Shown here piece after piece: positions 29,016-41,600 of a stretch of 64,000 nt of DNA. The stretch covers positions 496,001 to 560,000 of the forward strand of contig OZ025675.1 in assembly GCA_964019335.1 (NCBI GenBank). Direction: 5' to 3'. Position 1 is the first letter of the stretch, and each line of letters opens with the position of its first letter. Made by a program: the position numbers and the translations under genes. The DNA is from Diplonema japonicum. Lineage: Eukaryota; Protista; Euglenozoa: Diplonemea. The notes under the pieces are model-generated. The model was not told the origin of the DNA and ran no database searches. It saw only the letters and a program-made list of their open reading frames with translations.

Positions 29016-29972
29016 TAGTCATTTTTTTTTTTTTTTTTTTTTTTTGTTATCGCATTTATACAAAAGAAAAAAAAAATGGAATAAAAAAAAAGGTAGAGGA
29101 AATAACTGAGGGGAGGTGGAAAGAACGGAAGAAATAAAAAAATTCACGTGTGTTCTAGGAAGAAAAAAAAAAAAAAAAAAAAAAAAAAAAAGCGAGTTTT
29201 TCGCTTTTTTTCTTTTTGCTAGAGAATTTTTCTAAGGGGGGGATTTTCTTCATTGTTATTATTCTTTTCCGTTTTTTTTTTTTTTTTTTTTTTTTTTTTT
29301 CAATTACTTAACATCAAAGTATTGAGATACAAATTGGCCCATCGGGTATAAAAATCCCCTTTTTTGTTTTTGTTTTCTCTTCCGGGTGGGGGATAACATG
29401 AGATAAGAAAGTACATCAAATCGATGTAGGCAAAATTGTACGAGTGCAGAATCTTGCGCTGGAACTGAGCTGCACGCCGCACGAATTAAAGCACACACGG
29501 TAGGATGCAGAAGGAGCTGCAGCTCGGACAGTGCTTGTGCAGGCCTCCTTTATCTCTTATGTTCCCCCCCTCCTTTATTTTTCTTCTTTTTTTATTCCAT
29601 TCTGCTTGCTTCTACACCTAGAACAAAAGATTTAAAAAAAAAAAAAAAACCCACCTTTATACATTCTTCTTCTTTTTTTTTTTTTTTCCTTTCTTCTTTT
29701 TCTTCCCTTGAGCTACCCTTAGCTCAGCAAGTGTGTTAATGCTCACAGGTGCCATTTCACCAAATAAGAATTTCTTATCGCATTACAAACTAACCAGTTT
29801 CCAGAAACAAAAAACAAAAAAAGAAAAAGAAAAAAAAAAAAAAACCACCAACCGCTGCACAATCGGCACTATCGCCCTGACAGGGTGACGCATGAGAGAT
29901 TTCTCATTAATAGCCTGAAAAAACAGTGGATTATAGGATTGCTTTAAAAATTAAAGTGTTTTGAAAGGCGTC

Positions 29973-30008
<36 letters not shown>

Positions 30009-30220
30009 AATGCTTGCCGTAATTCAATCGGCAAAACCCTTAAAAAAGAAAACAAAAGAAAAGATACAGCACGTTAACAGAAGTTCCCTTTTGAAGATGA
30101 AAAAAGAAAAAAAAAAAAAAAGAAATAGATGTTCATTATCCCCTCCCCATCACAACAGTGCTTGTTCATCCATTTGAGCATCAGCATCTGGTTCAAGCAA
30201 GTTAGGTGACTGTGGTTATT

Positions 30221-30363
30221 ATTTTTTTTTTTTTTTTGTTACAAATATTTATCAAATTCAAAAAATGATTTTATAACTATATGCAACTTGTGCCGAGCAA
30301 AAAACTTTCGCAGCTTTTTAAAAAACGAACAACAAAGACATATAGTCATAAAGAATTATTTTT
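30221..30363 (-). repeat. Inverted copy of the repeat at 25314-25470, overlapping the stop codon of the FN2-like gene
   Basis: Reverse-complement match with a ~14-bp internal deletion. Confidence 0.85.
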
Positions 30364-33300
30364 GCATATATACATCCCCTTCTTTCCCCGAACATACCAT
30401 CTCAGCAATCTGATCTTCATTGACAAGTTCCTGTTTGAAGTTTGGCTTGCTGTTGCCCTTCCCTGCTGTGAAGTGATACACAACAGCCGCAATCCCAATT
30501 AGAGCGAAAACAGACCCAAGAGTCACTGCAACGATGGCACCTGTGCTCCAGCCATCGTCACTCTCGGGTGCCGCCCCACGGGCAGTGCTGTTATCACAGT
30601 ACCTGGTGGCGTAGGTCACATTGGTGGCAGGGTCCATCACCTTTGAGTGGGAGATGCACTCGTCAGCCACCACGCACCAGATGTACCCACTGGCGTCCTT
30701 GGTCCCGTCACACCCCTTGTGCTCTATCCCGTCGTAAGCCCAACTGTCCTTGCACTCACATTCTTCTGGGACACAAGTACCGTAAGCCTTGCCTGCAGGG
30801 TTAGGAGGAGGCGACATGTCGCATGGCGCATTGCCCAGCTCACAGTAAGGTGTCGCCTCGTTCATGCAAGCCCCACTACAGGTACACTTCTTGCTGCTGT
30901 CCACACCGTCGCTGCACGTTCTCCATTTCATCTCGATGCCGGCAGTCACGTTCTTGTCATACGCCTGCGAGCACCCATCACTGACGTAACACCACCCGTT
31001 GCTTGGAGAGTCAGGTGTCGTGGAGCACCCTGTGTACTGCACCGACTTGTATGTCCACGTGTCTTGACACCTGCAGGCATCGGGGACACAGTACATGAAC
31101 TCCCCAACACCTGCAGGGTTCGCTGCAGGGGCCACGTCACAAGGGGCGTTCGAGACCTCGCAGTAAGGCGTGTTGGCATTCACGCACTCACCAGCACACG
31201 TGCAGGCCACAGATGGGTTCTGACCGTCGGTGCAGGTTTTGTAATAGAAAACAAGGTTGTTGTTGGTGACATCCACTCCTGTTGCAGGGGGGTTGGGGCA
31301 GCTCCCGTCGATCATGCACCAAGCAGTAGTCCCGTCACGTGTAGTCTGGCACCCGTTGTAGTACGTGTTGTTGTAGTACCAAGTGGGGAGGCAGTCGCAG
31401 GGGTCTCGTGTGGGTGCACTTGTTGTTCCAGGAGGGTTCGGGGTCACCGGCGCACCCGTCGGAGCAGCAGTAGGCACGGAGCAGTACACTGCATAGTAAA
31501 CCGCGCTGTTGCTAGGGTCGGTCGCCTGAGCTGCCGACGCACAGCTCTGATCGACAGCACACCACGTGAAACCATTTGCATCATAAGCACCATCGCACCC
31601 GGAGTGCGCTGTCCCATTGTACGACCAGCTCGACAGACACTCGCAGTTCGAAGGCGTGCATGTCCCGTAAGCCTTGCCTGCAGGGTTAGGAGGAGGCGAC
31701 ATGTCGCATGGCGCATTGCCCAGCTCACAGTAAGGTGTCGCCTCGTTCATGCAAGCCCCACTACAGGTACACTTCTTGCTGCTGTCCACACCGTCGCTGC
31801 ACGTTCTCCATTTCATCTCGATGCCGGCAGTCACGTTCTTGTCATACGCCTGCGAGCACCCATCACTGACGTAACACCACCCGTTGCTTGGAGAGTCAGG
31901 TGTCGTGGAGCACCCTGTGTACTGCACCGACTTGTATGTCCACGTGTCTTGACACCTGCAGGCATCGGGGACACAGTACATGAACTCCCCAACACCTGCA
32001 GGGTTCGCTGCAGGGGCCACGTCACAAGGGGCGTTCGAGACCTCGCAGTAAGGCGTGTTGGCATTCACGCACTCACCAGCACACGTGCAGGCCACAGATG
32101 GGTTCTGACCGTCGGTGCAGGTTTTGTAATAGAAAACAAGGTTGTTGTTGGTGGCATCCACTCCTGTTGCAGGGGGGTTGGGGCAGCTCCCGTCGATCAT
32201 GCACCAAGCAGTAGTCCCGTCACGTGTAGTCTGGCACCCGTTGTAGTACGTGTTGTTGTAGTACCAAGTGGGGAGGCAGTCGCAGGGGTCTCGTGTGGGT
32301 GCACTTGTTGTTCCAGGAGGGTTCGGGGTCGGCGCTGAAGTCGCAGGGGCTCCAGTGGCAGGGGCACCGGTTGCAGGAGGCACGGAGCAGTACACTGCAT
32401 AATAAACCGCGCTGTTGCTAGGGTCGGTCGCCTGAGCTGCCGACGCACAGCTCTGATCGACAGCACACCACGTGAAACCATTTGCATCATAAGCACCATC
32501 GCACCCGGAGTGCGCTGTCCCATTGTACGACCAGCTCGACAGACACTCGCAGTTCGAAGGCGTGCATGTCCCGTAAGCCTTGCCTGCAGGGTTAGGGGGG
32601 GGCGACGAGCTGCAAGGCGCATTGCCCAGCTCACAGTAAGGTGTCGCCTCGTTCATGCAAGCCCCACTACAGGTACATGTTTTGCTAGTGTCCACACCGC
32701 CGCTGCACAGCTTCCACTTGCTTGTGATGCCAGCGGTGTCGTTCTTGTCGTACGCACTGGCGCAAGTGTCGCTGTTGACGAAGCACCATGCAAGGCCGGG
32801 GGAGTCGGGTGTCGTGGAACACCCTGTGTAGGTGCCGCTTTGGTAAGACCACGACGCTTGGCACTCGCACTCGTTCGGTGTGCACGTGATGTACGCCTCG
32901 ACCCCGTTGCCGGGCGGGGGTGCCGTGTCACACGGCGTGTTCCCCGCTACACAGTACGGCGTCGCCGCATTGACGCACCCTGCAGCATCGCAGGCACATG
33001 TCACAGAAGGGTTCAGACCGTCGCTGCACGACTTGTAAGGAAACGACGTGTTGGTGGAAGTGTCGAACCCGAAGCTTGCTGTGTTGCACGTCCAGTCGAC
33101 CATGCACCATGGGGCGGAAGGGGACGCGGCGGTTGTCTGACACCCTGTGTATGTCGTCCCCTCGTAGTCCCAGCTGGCAAGACAATCGCACGACGAGGCG
33201 GTTTCGATCGGCTTGCATTGCGCGAAAGCGCTTCCTGAAGGGTTCGCAGGGACGTCTTTACAGGGCGCATTGGCAACAACACACCAGCTGCTGTAGCCAT

Positions 33301-33649
33301 ACCAATACGCGTAGTCTTGAATGTTGTTGCATGCTGTGTCGGGGCAGCCTGCTTGTGTGGTGTTGCAGGTGGATGGGCTGCTGGTTGAAGATTCCACATC
33401 GGCTGTCCACATGGCCTCGCACACACATTCTTTTGAAGGGTCGCCCTGCTCACCGTCGCAGGTCTTATATGATATGTACTGTGCAGTTTTCGCATCGTAA
33501 CGGTAGGAAGCAGCAGTGCATGTGCTGCTGTCTACTGCGCACCATGCCACGGAGGGGGAATCACCAGTGGTCAGGCAGGGGGTGGTGCAATCGCACCCGG
33601 CTGCGAATGTTACCGGCAACACAGAGAGCAAGAGTACTTGGCGTATCAT
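30356..33649 (-). CDS. Type I membrane protein with fibronectin type II-like Cys-rich repeats
   Basis: Signal peptide MIRQVLLLSVLPVTFA. Repeated CxCxxxWxYxGxxYxGCxTTxDxxxxWC modules. A near-identical internal duplication with an 885-bp period. TM helix GAIVAVTLGSVFALIGIAAVVY and a short tail. Confidence 0.82.
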   Translation of the reverse strand: MIRQVLLLSVLPVTFAAGCDCTTPCLTTGDSPSVAWCAVDSSTCTAASYRYDAKTAQYISYKTCDGEQGDPSKECVCEAMWTADVESSTSSPSTCNTTQAGCPDTACNNIQDYAYWYGYSSWCVVANAPCKDVPANPSGSAFAQCKPIETASSCDCLASWDYEGTTYTGCQTTAASPSAPWCMVDWTCNTASFGFDTSTNTSFPYKSCSDGLNPSVTCACDAAGCVNAATPYCVAGNTPCDTAPPPGNGVEAYITCTPNECECQASWSYQSGTYTGCSTTPDSPGLAWCFVNSDTCASAYDKNDTAGITSKWKLCSGGVDTSKTCTCSGACMNEATPYCELGNAPCSSSPPPNPAGKAYGTCTPSNCECLSSWSYNGTAHSGCDGAYDANGFTWCAVDQSCASAAQATDPSNSAVYYAVYCSVPPATGAPATGAPATSAPTPNPPGTTSAPTRDPCDCLPTWYYNNTYYNGCQTTRDGTTAWCMIDGSCPNPPATGVDATNNNLVFYYKTCTDGQNPSVACTCAGECVNANTPYCEVSNAPCDVAPAANPAGVGEFMYCVPDACRCQDTWTYKSVQYTGCSTTPDSPSNGWCYVSDGCSQAYDKNVTAGIEMKWRTCSDGVDSSKKCTCSGACMNEATPYCELGNAPCDMSPPPNPAGKAYGTCTPSNCECLSSWSYNGTAHSGCDGAYDANGFTWCAVDQSCASAAQATDPSNSAVYYAVYCSVPTAAPTGAPVTPNPPGTTSAPTRDPCDCLPTWYYNNTYYNGCQTTRDGTTAWCMIDGSCPNPPATGVDVTNNNLVFYYKTCTDGQNPSVACTCAGECVNANTPYCEVSNAPCDVAPAANPAGVGEFMYCVPDACRCQDTWTYKSVQYTGCSTTPDSPSNGWCYVSDGCSQAYDKNVTAGIEMKWRTCSDGVDSSKKCTCSGACMNEATPYCELGNAPCDMSPPPNPAGKAYGTCVPEECECKDSWAYDGIEHKGCDGTKDASGYIWCVVADECISHSKVMDPATNVTYATRYCDNSTARGAAPESDDGWSTGAIVAVTLGSVFALIGIAAVVYHFTAGKGNSKPNFKQELVNEDQIAEMVCSGKEGDVYMQK

Positions 33650-34215
33650 TTTCTTTTTGTTGTTACCTGCGATATAAATATATGAAAACAAACTTGATGA
33701 AGAAAGCTAAAGGGAAAAAGGTATATATAAAAGAGATAAAGGGAGCCAGTGTTGGTGGCGTCTCGCCTCGTTCGGAAGCAGGAACTGGCCGTTGTATGTG
33801 CGTGCCGGGTAATAGCTGGAGAAATTTGTCAGCCCGAAGCACGTTGCCTTTTTGATTAGACAAGTCAAAAAAAAGAAAAGAAGAAAAGAGTCGTATGATG
33901 TGCACAGCCGGGGGGGTTAAGTTAACCTGTAGAAGGATAAGCCCAACATGCACTAGCGAATGTATATCTTGTTTTTTTTTTTTTCTTTTTTTTTCGTTGT
34001 TTAAAAAAAGGTAAGCAAGTTAGTAAAAGAAGGGGGGGGATATCTTTTTTCTTTCTTCTTTTTTTTTTAAAGTGCCAAGAGTCATTTAAAAAAGAAGAAG
34101 AAAAAAAATTGATAAATCTCGGTGTGCGGTGGGTGCTCACCGTTCAGGGATAAGTTCACACTAAGCGGTCACCGCAGAAGAGAAATGGAAAAATTGGGAG
34201 TGGGCCATGTGTACT

Positions 34216-34254
<39 letters not shown>

Positions 34255-35612
34255 TGATAGTGGCGATAGTCCCTTACAAATCAGAGAGGAAGAGAGAAGG
34301 AATGAGGGGTACTTGGGGGGGGGGGGGGGGGGGGGCGTTCTCATTTCCTACTCCTTGTTGTCTGTCTGCTTCACACCACCCCTGCCAAGGCAGAGGGCTA
34401 CAAGATAGAAGACGTCTTTAAGAAGAGGAAAAAGAAAGAAAAAAAGAGGAAACTCGAAAAAATTTCAGTGTGCATGGGGGTGCTCACTGTTCAGGAAGAA
34501 ATCCACACTAACCGGTCACCGTTCTGCGGTTGCTGTCTGGTGCCTGCGGTGGCTGTTTGTCGCGATGAGATGGACGGCATCTGGGCGAGAAACATTGCTT
34601 GGAGTCGTGCTAGGTAGGGGGGGGGTTTGGCTCGAGGAGAAGAGTGGTCGAGAAAAAAAGAAAAAAAGAAGTTTCTTTTTTACATTTTCATTTATAAACA
34701 CAAAAAAATGTACTTTTTTTTCTTTTTTTTAAATTCCGATACTTCTTTTCTTTTCTTAATTCAGATAATTCTCCTCTTTTTTTTTCTTCCCCCCCCCCTC
34801 CTTTATTCTTTAACTTGTCATCAATCGTATCAGTGAAACAAGTGCGCGAGGAAAAAAAAGAGGAAAAAAAAAAGAGAGAAACTAGATAAAAAAAAGAATA
34901 AGAAAAGCAGAGATGAGAACCGCAAGAGAGGGAGTAAGAGAAGATATTTATATGAGGTGAGTACTTAAAGGGTGGTTAACCCCGGGAAAAAAAAAAAAGA
35001 AATAAAACACAGTCTTTACTGCCAAAAAGGTGAGACAGTTTGAAAATCTCGCCTGACTTTATCCATTTTGTTTTTTTTTTTTTTTTTTTTTTTTTTCCCC
35101 CTTCTTCTAAAAATAGAAGAAAAGTGGAAATGACTAAAGAAAAAGAAGAAGAAAAAGAAAAGAAAAAGTACATTCAACGGAAAATGGACTTTTCCCCTCT
35201 TTTTTTTTTTTTTTTTTTTTCTTCTTTTTCTATCGTTTTTAATCAAATTAAAAAACCAGTAATATCAGTGTATTATAGTCATTCTCGAGCACCGGAGAAT
35301 AAAAAAACAAAGAAAACAAAGTGAGTCGGGCTTGTTTCCCTACATTTTCTTTTCTTTTCTTCCTTATTTCCTTTTCTTTTTCTACGTAGGTGTCCTCATT
35401 GCAAACCTGCCATTCTTTGCAAGATGGCGTGTCATATATTTCAAGAAAACGTTTCACGCCTTGTGCATGAACGCGTAGATAGCCTCTAACTGTAGCGAAA
35501 GCTTCCTTTTTTTCTTCGATACTATTCTTCGCTACCTACGTCTGCCTACTCCCATAGGATGATTCACAAGGATGTTTCATGCATTCAGAATTTCTGTTCT
35601 TTTTTTTGTTTT

Positions 35613-35648
<36 letters not shown>

Positions 35649-35681
35649 GTAGTTCGTTTATTTTATTTTCCACGTTCCCAC

Positions 35682-38600
35682 CTAAACAGATGCGTGCTCC
35701 CTATGGCCTTGCATCATCTGTGTAGGTTCCGCCTCACTGACCCCTGTGAGGAACTCCTGCATGGTCACGTCACCCTGGTGCCTCTTCCACACAGTGAAGG
35801 CCAGGCCACCACAGGCCGCGAGTGAAGCAGCGATGATGAGGAGCCAAATCCATGCGGGGGTGCTTGAGGAGGAGCTTTCTTCAACAGGCGTCTTGTCGTT
35901 CCCGCCAGCTGCCTGCAGGTTCAAGGGGGAGAGGGCGTAGCCATCGCACCCCAGGAGAACGGGGCCTCCCCTGTTGCTCACACCCGACCCGTCCATGCAG
36001 CTGCACGTGTAGTCCTTCAGGCTGTTCTTTGTCTTCCTCCCCTCCACACACTTCTCCCCATCCCCGCACGGGTTCCCCAGGCACTCGTCCAGGGTGTCGC
36101 AGTTCGCCACCTTCGTTCCCTTCATTGTCTTGCCCGAGCCCGCGCAGCTGCACACGTAGTCCCCCAGCGTCGCCATCCCTGTTGCATCCGTGCACTCCTG
36201 GCCTCCACACGGGTCGCTGCTGCACTCCGTCTTCATCGTGCATGTTGTTGCCCGCCCCACTGTGCTGTGGCCCTCGTAGCCCACCTTGCACGAGCACACG
36301 AAGTCGTGCAGCGAGTTCTTCTTCGTGTTCTTGTCCTCGCAGTCTTGGAAGTCCCCGCACACAGCCTGTCCCGCCTTGCACTCGTCCTTCACACCACACG
36401 AGGCGACGGGCGCGCCGACCTTCGTCTCTTCCGATTCCTCACAGGTGCACATGAAGTCCCCCTCGGTGCTCATCCCTGTCGGGTCGTAGCACTCCTGCCC
36501 GTTGCATGGGTGCTTTGCGCACTCGTCGTCGTGTGTCACAGGCGCCGCAGTCGTCGGTGGCGACACAGGGGCATCCGTCGCAGGCTGTGGTGTTGTTATT
36601 GTTATTATTATTATTATACTTTTGAAAGCACATACCACAGGGCAGTCCGACACAGGGGCGGCCGTCATCGTCTTGTTGTTCGTGTTGCAGGTGCACACGA
36701 AGTCCTTCTTGCTGCTCACCACAGGGGACGGGTCGTTGCACATCTGGTTCTTCCCACAGGGAGCGGGGTCCGCCTGGCACTCGTCGAAGTCCGTGCAGCC
36801 AGCAACAGGGCCACCTGTCTTGGTCGTCCCCTTCGACTTGCAGGTGCACACGAAGTCCCCAGTGGTCGCAGCCCCAGTCGGGTCGCTGCACTCCTGACCG
36901 TCGCAAGGGTTCGTCGAGCACTCGTCCGCAGGTGCCATCGTCATGGGTGCCTCGGTGTCGGGGGCGTTCGTGTCCCCAGCACAGTTTGCAGCCCCGCCCA
37001 CCTTGCTGGCGTTGATCTTCTCGCCGTTCGGGCCGTCTTTGCAGCTGCACACGAAGTCCAGGGTGGAGCCAGGAGAGGTGTTGGGGTCGCTGCACTCCTG
37101 AGTGAGGACAGGGCAGGGTGAGAGGCTCTGGCCCTTCGCCTTGCACTCGTCGTACACACAGGTGGCGGGACCCCCAGTCATCGTCCCTTCCCCAACACTG
37201 CAGCTGCACATGAAGTCCCCGTCCTTGTTCAAGTCAGGGTCGCTGCAGACCTGGAAGTCCCCGCAAGGCTTGCTCGCGCACTCCCCAGTCGTCTCGCACT
37301 CCGCAGGTCCCCCCACCATCGACACCCCGTTGGGGCATGTGCACACGAAGTCGTTCAGGCTGTCCGCCGCGGGGTTCGGGTCGCTGCAAGTCTCCGTCAC
37401 CTCGGGGTGTCCCACCCATGTGCAGGGGCTCCCCACGTTCCCGACAGCGCACTCGTCACACTTCTCCACAGGGGCCCCCTTGTTGTGCTCCGATCCGAAG
37501 GGGCAGCTGCACTCGAAGTCTCCAGTCACGAGCATGTTTGGGTCCTCGCAGCCCTGTCCGGTACCGCAAGGGTTTGTCACACACTCGTCTGTCCCGCAGT
37601 TCGGTACTGCCTGGCCAGTCACGTTGAGGAGTGTCTTGATGCAGGTGCAGGTGAAGTCGTTCTTGCTCCCAGCTGCCGTGTCAGGGTCGTTGCAAGACTG
37701 CTCGGCACCACAGGGTTTCGCATTGCACTCATCCTTCGCACACCTCGCAGGGCCGTCAACCTGAACAATCGTGGTGTCCTCGTCACAGGTGCAGGTGAAG
37801 TCGTGCTGGCTGGTCTTCGCCTTGTTGGGGTCGTTGCAGGTCTGACCAGTCCCACAAGGAGCAGGTGTCCTCATACATTCGTCGATCTCACAGGTGGCCG
37901 AGGTACCAGTAGCAACAACACCGTTGGTACAGGTGCAGGTGTAGTCGTTCAGGTCCTTGAGGCCGGTGTTGGGGTCGTTGCAGGTCTGACCAGTCCCACA
38001 AGGGTCTGAATCGCACTCGTTCTTCTCACACCTTGCAGGGCCGTCCAGTTGGACGATGGCGGTGTCTGCATCACAGGTGCAGGTGAAGTCGTGTTGGCTT
38101 GTCTTCGCCTTGTTGGGGTCGTTGCAGGTCTGACCCATCCCACAAGGAGCAGGGGTCTTCGCGCACTCGTCGATCTCACAGGTGGCCGAGGTACCGGTCG
38201 CAACAACACCGTTGCTGCAGGTGCAGGTGTAGTCGTTCATGTTGTTCAGCCCGATGTTCGGGTCGTTGCAAGTCTGCCCGGTACCACAAGGCTTCGCATC
38301 GCACTCGTCTCTCTCGCACTTCGCAGGGCCGTCCGTGCGAACGATGGTGGTGTCAGCATCACAGGTGCAGGTGAAGTCGTGCTGGCTCGTCTTCGCCTTG
38401 TTGGGGTCGTTGCAAGTCTGACCCATGGGACAAGGGTTGGGAGTTGCCGCACACTCATCGATCTCACAGGTGGCCGAGGTACCAGTTGCGACGACGCCGT
38501 TGGTGCAGGTGCAGGTGAAGTCGTTCAGCTTCGTGAGAAGGGTGTCGGGGTCGTTGCAGGTCTGCCCAGTCCCACAAGGCATCGAATCGCACTCGTCCTT

Positions 38601-41600
38601 CACACACCTCGCAGGACCATCCACTTTGACGATGGTGGTGTCAGCATCACAGGTGCAGGTGAAGTCGTGTTGGCTTGTCTTCGCCTTGTTGGGGTCGTTG
38701 CAGGTCTGACCCGAACCACATGGGGATTTCGTTCCCGAACTGCTGGATCCACCGACAGGAGGTGCAGGGGGGACATTGCATTCATCGATCTCACAGGTAG
38801 CAGAGGTACCAGTTGCAACAACACCGTTGGTGCAGGTGCAGGTGAAGTCGTTCATACTCTTCAGACCAGTGTCAGGGTCGTTGCAGGTCTGACCAGTCCC
38901 ACAAGGAGTAGCATCACACTCATCCTTCACACACCTGGCAGGGCCGTCCACCTTTACAATCGTGGTGTCAGCATCACAGGTGCAGGTGAAGTCGTGTTGG
39001 CTGGTCTTCGCCTTGTTCGGGTCGTTGCAAGTCTGACCAGTCCCACAAGGAGCAGGTGTTTTCGCACATTCATCGATCTCACAAGTTGCGGAGGTACCAG
39101 TCGCTACAACACCGTTGGTGCAGGTGCAGGTGAAGTCGTTCATGCTCTTTAAACCAGTGTCGGGGTCGTTACATGTCTGACCAGTCCCACAAGGCTTCGC
39201 ATCGCACTCATCCTTCACACACCTTGCAGGACCATCCACCTTTACGATGGTTGTGTCAGCATCACAGGTGCAGGTGAAGTCGTGCTGGCTAGTCTTCGCT
39301 TTGTTGGGGTCATTACAGGTCTGACCGGTTGGGCACGGAGCTGGTGTTGCCGCACACTCATCAATCTCACAAGTGGCGGAGGTACCAGTAGCAACAACAC
39401 CATTGCCGCAGGTGCAGGTGAAGTCATTCACGCTTTTCAGCCCAACATCAGGGTCGTTGCAAGTCTGACCCATCCCACAGGGCATGGCATCACACTCGTC
39501 TTTGACACACCTGGCAGGACCATCAACCTTAACAATGCTCGTATCAGCATCACAGGTGCAGGTGAAGTCGTGCTGCTTGTTCTTCGCCTTGTTGGGGTCG
39601 TTGCAGGTCTGACCAGTACCACAAGGAGCAGGAGTCTTCGCACACTCATCAATCTCACAAGTAGCGGAGGTACCAGTAGCAACAACACCATTAGCACATG
39701 TGCAGGTGTAGTCGTTCATGCTCCTCAGACCAGTGTCAGGGTCATTGCAGGTCTGACCAGTCCCACAAGGAGTAGCACCACACTCATCCTTCACACACCT
39801 GGCAGGACCATCCACCTGAACAATTGTCATGTCAGCATCACAGGTGCAGGTGAAGTCGTGCTGTTTGTTCTTTGCCTTGTTGGGGTCGTTGCAGGTCTGA
39901 CCCATGGGGCACGGAGCTGGAGTTTTCGCACACTCGTCAATCTCACAGGTGGCCGAGGTACCAGTCGCTACAACACCGTTTGTACAGGTGCAGGTAAAGT
40001 CATTCAAGTTCTTCAGACCAGTGTTAGGGTCGTTACATGTCTGACCAGTCCCACAAGGAGTAGCATCGCACTCATCCTTCACACACCTTGCAGGACCATC
40101 CGTCTGTACGATACTGTTGTCAGCAACACAGGTGCAGGTGAAGTCGTGCTGTTTGTTCTTCGCCTTGTTGGGGTCGTTGCAGGTCTGACCAGTCCCACAA
40201 GGAGCAGGAGTCTTCGCACATTCATCAATCTCACAAGTGGCCGAGGTACCAGTAGCAACAACACCATTGCCGCAGGTGCAGGTGAAGTCGTTGGTGTTGG
40301 AGACAGCAGTGTCTGGATCATTGCAAGTCTGCCCAGTCCCACAAGGCATGGCAGTACACTCGTCCAAGATGCAAGTGGCAGCACCACCAGTCATGGTCCC
40401 CGACTTGGGAGCCGTGCAAGTGCACACGTAGTCCATGAGCTTCGCGGCCGAAGTGTCGGCATCGCTGCAGGTCTGCCCAGCCCCGCACGGGTTGGCGTCG
40501 CACTCATCAAGAACACAGCTTGCCCCAGTGCCAGTCGCCGTCCCTGACCCGGTGGTGCAAGTGCACACGAAGTCCATCGAAGGGGCCGATGCCTTGTCAG
40601 GGTCTGTGCAGCTCTGCCCAGCGGGGCAGGGGGTCGAGGCACACTCGTCGTTCGAACCAGTGCTGCAGGTCGCAGGCCCACCGACATTCGTCATCATTGT
40701 GTTCGGGGCGGGGCACGTGCACACGAAGTCTTTCAGCACCGCCGCTGACTTGTTCGGGTCTTCACAAGTTTGCCCAGCAGCACAAGGGTTCGATGTGCAC
40801 TCATCCTTCGTGCAGGTGGCCGGACCATCAGTCTTCACGATGCTCATATCATTGTCACAGGTGCAGGTGAAGTCGTGGAGCTTGTTGGCCGCAGTGTCTG
40901 GGTCGCTGCAGGTCTGACCAGTCCCACAGGGAGCAGGCATTGCAGTACATTCATCGTTGGTGCAGGTGGCAGGTCCGCCAGTTACCACAATTGTGCTACC
41001 AGTGCAAGTGCAGGTGTAGTCACCAGTGGAGCTCGGAGAGCTGTTCGGGTCTTTGCAGTCCTGCCCGGTACCGCAAGGGTTGCTGGTGCATTCATCTTTT
41101 GTGCAGGTGGCCGGACCATCGGTCTTCTTCACAGACATGTCATTATCGCAGGTGCAAACGAAATCGTGTAGTTTGTTGGCCGCAGTATCAGGATCGCTGC
41201 AGGTTTGGCCCGTTCCACAAGGAGCAGGCATTGCAGTGCACTCGTCGTTGGTGCAGGTGGCCGGACCACCAGTCACCTTGATGGTTGTTCCAGTACAGGT
41301 GCAGGTGTAATCACCAGTGGAGCTGGGTGAGTTGTTTGGGTCGTTGCAGTCCTGTCCAGTCCCACAAGGGTTGGTCGAGCACTCATCCTTCGTGCAGGTG
41401 GCCGGACCATCAACCTTCTTCACAGACATGTCGTTGTCACAGGTGCAGGTGAAGTCGTGAAGCATGTTGGCCGCCGTGTCAGGGTCATTGCAAGTCTGAC
41501 CAGTACCACAAGGAGCAGGCATTGCAGTGCACTCGTCGTTGGTACAGGTGGCGGGACCACCAGTAACCTTGATGGTTGTACCAGTACAGGTGCAGGTGTA

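Noticed and set aside
33700-35680. K/F-rich small ORFs in intergenic regions (also 46600-48000 and 61000-62900)
   Set aside because: They are translations of poly(A)/poly(T) tracts.
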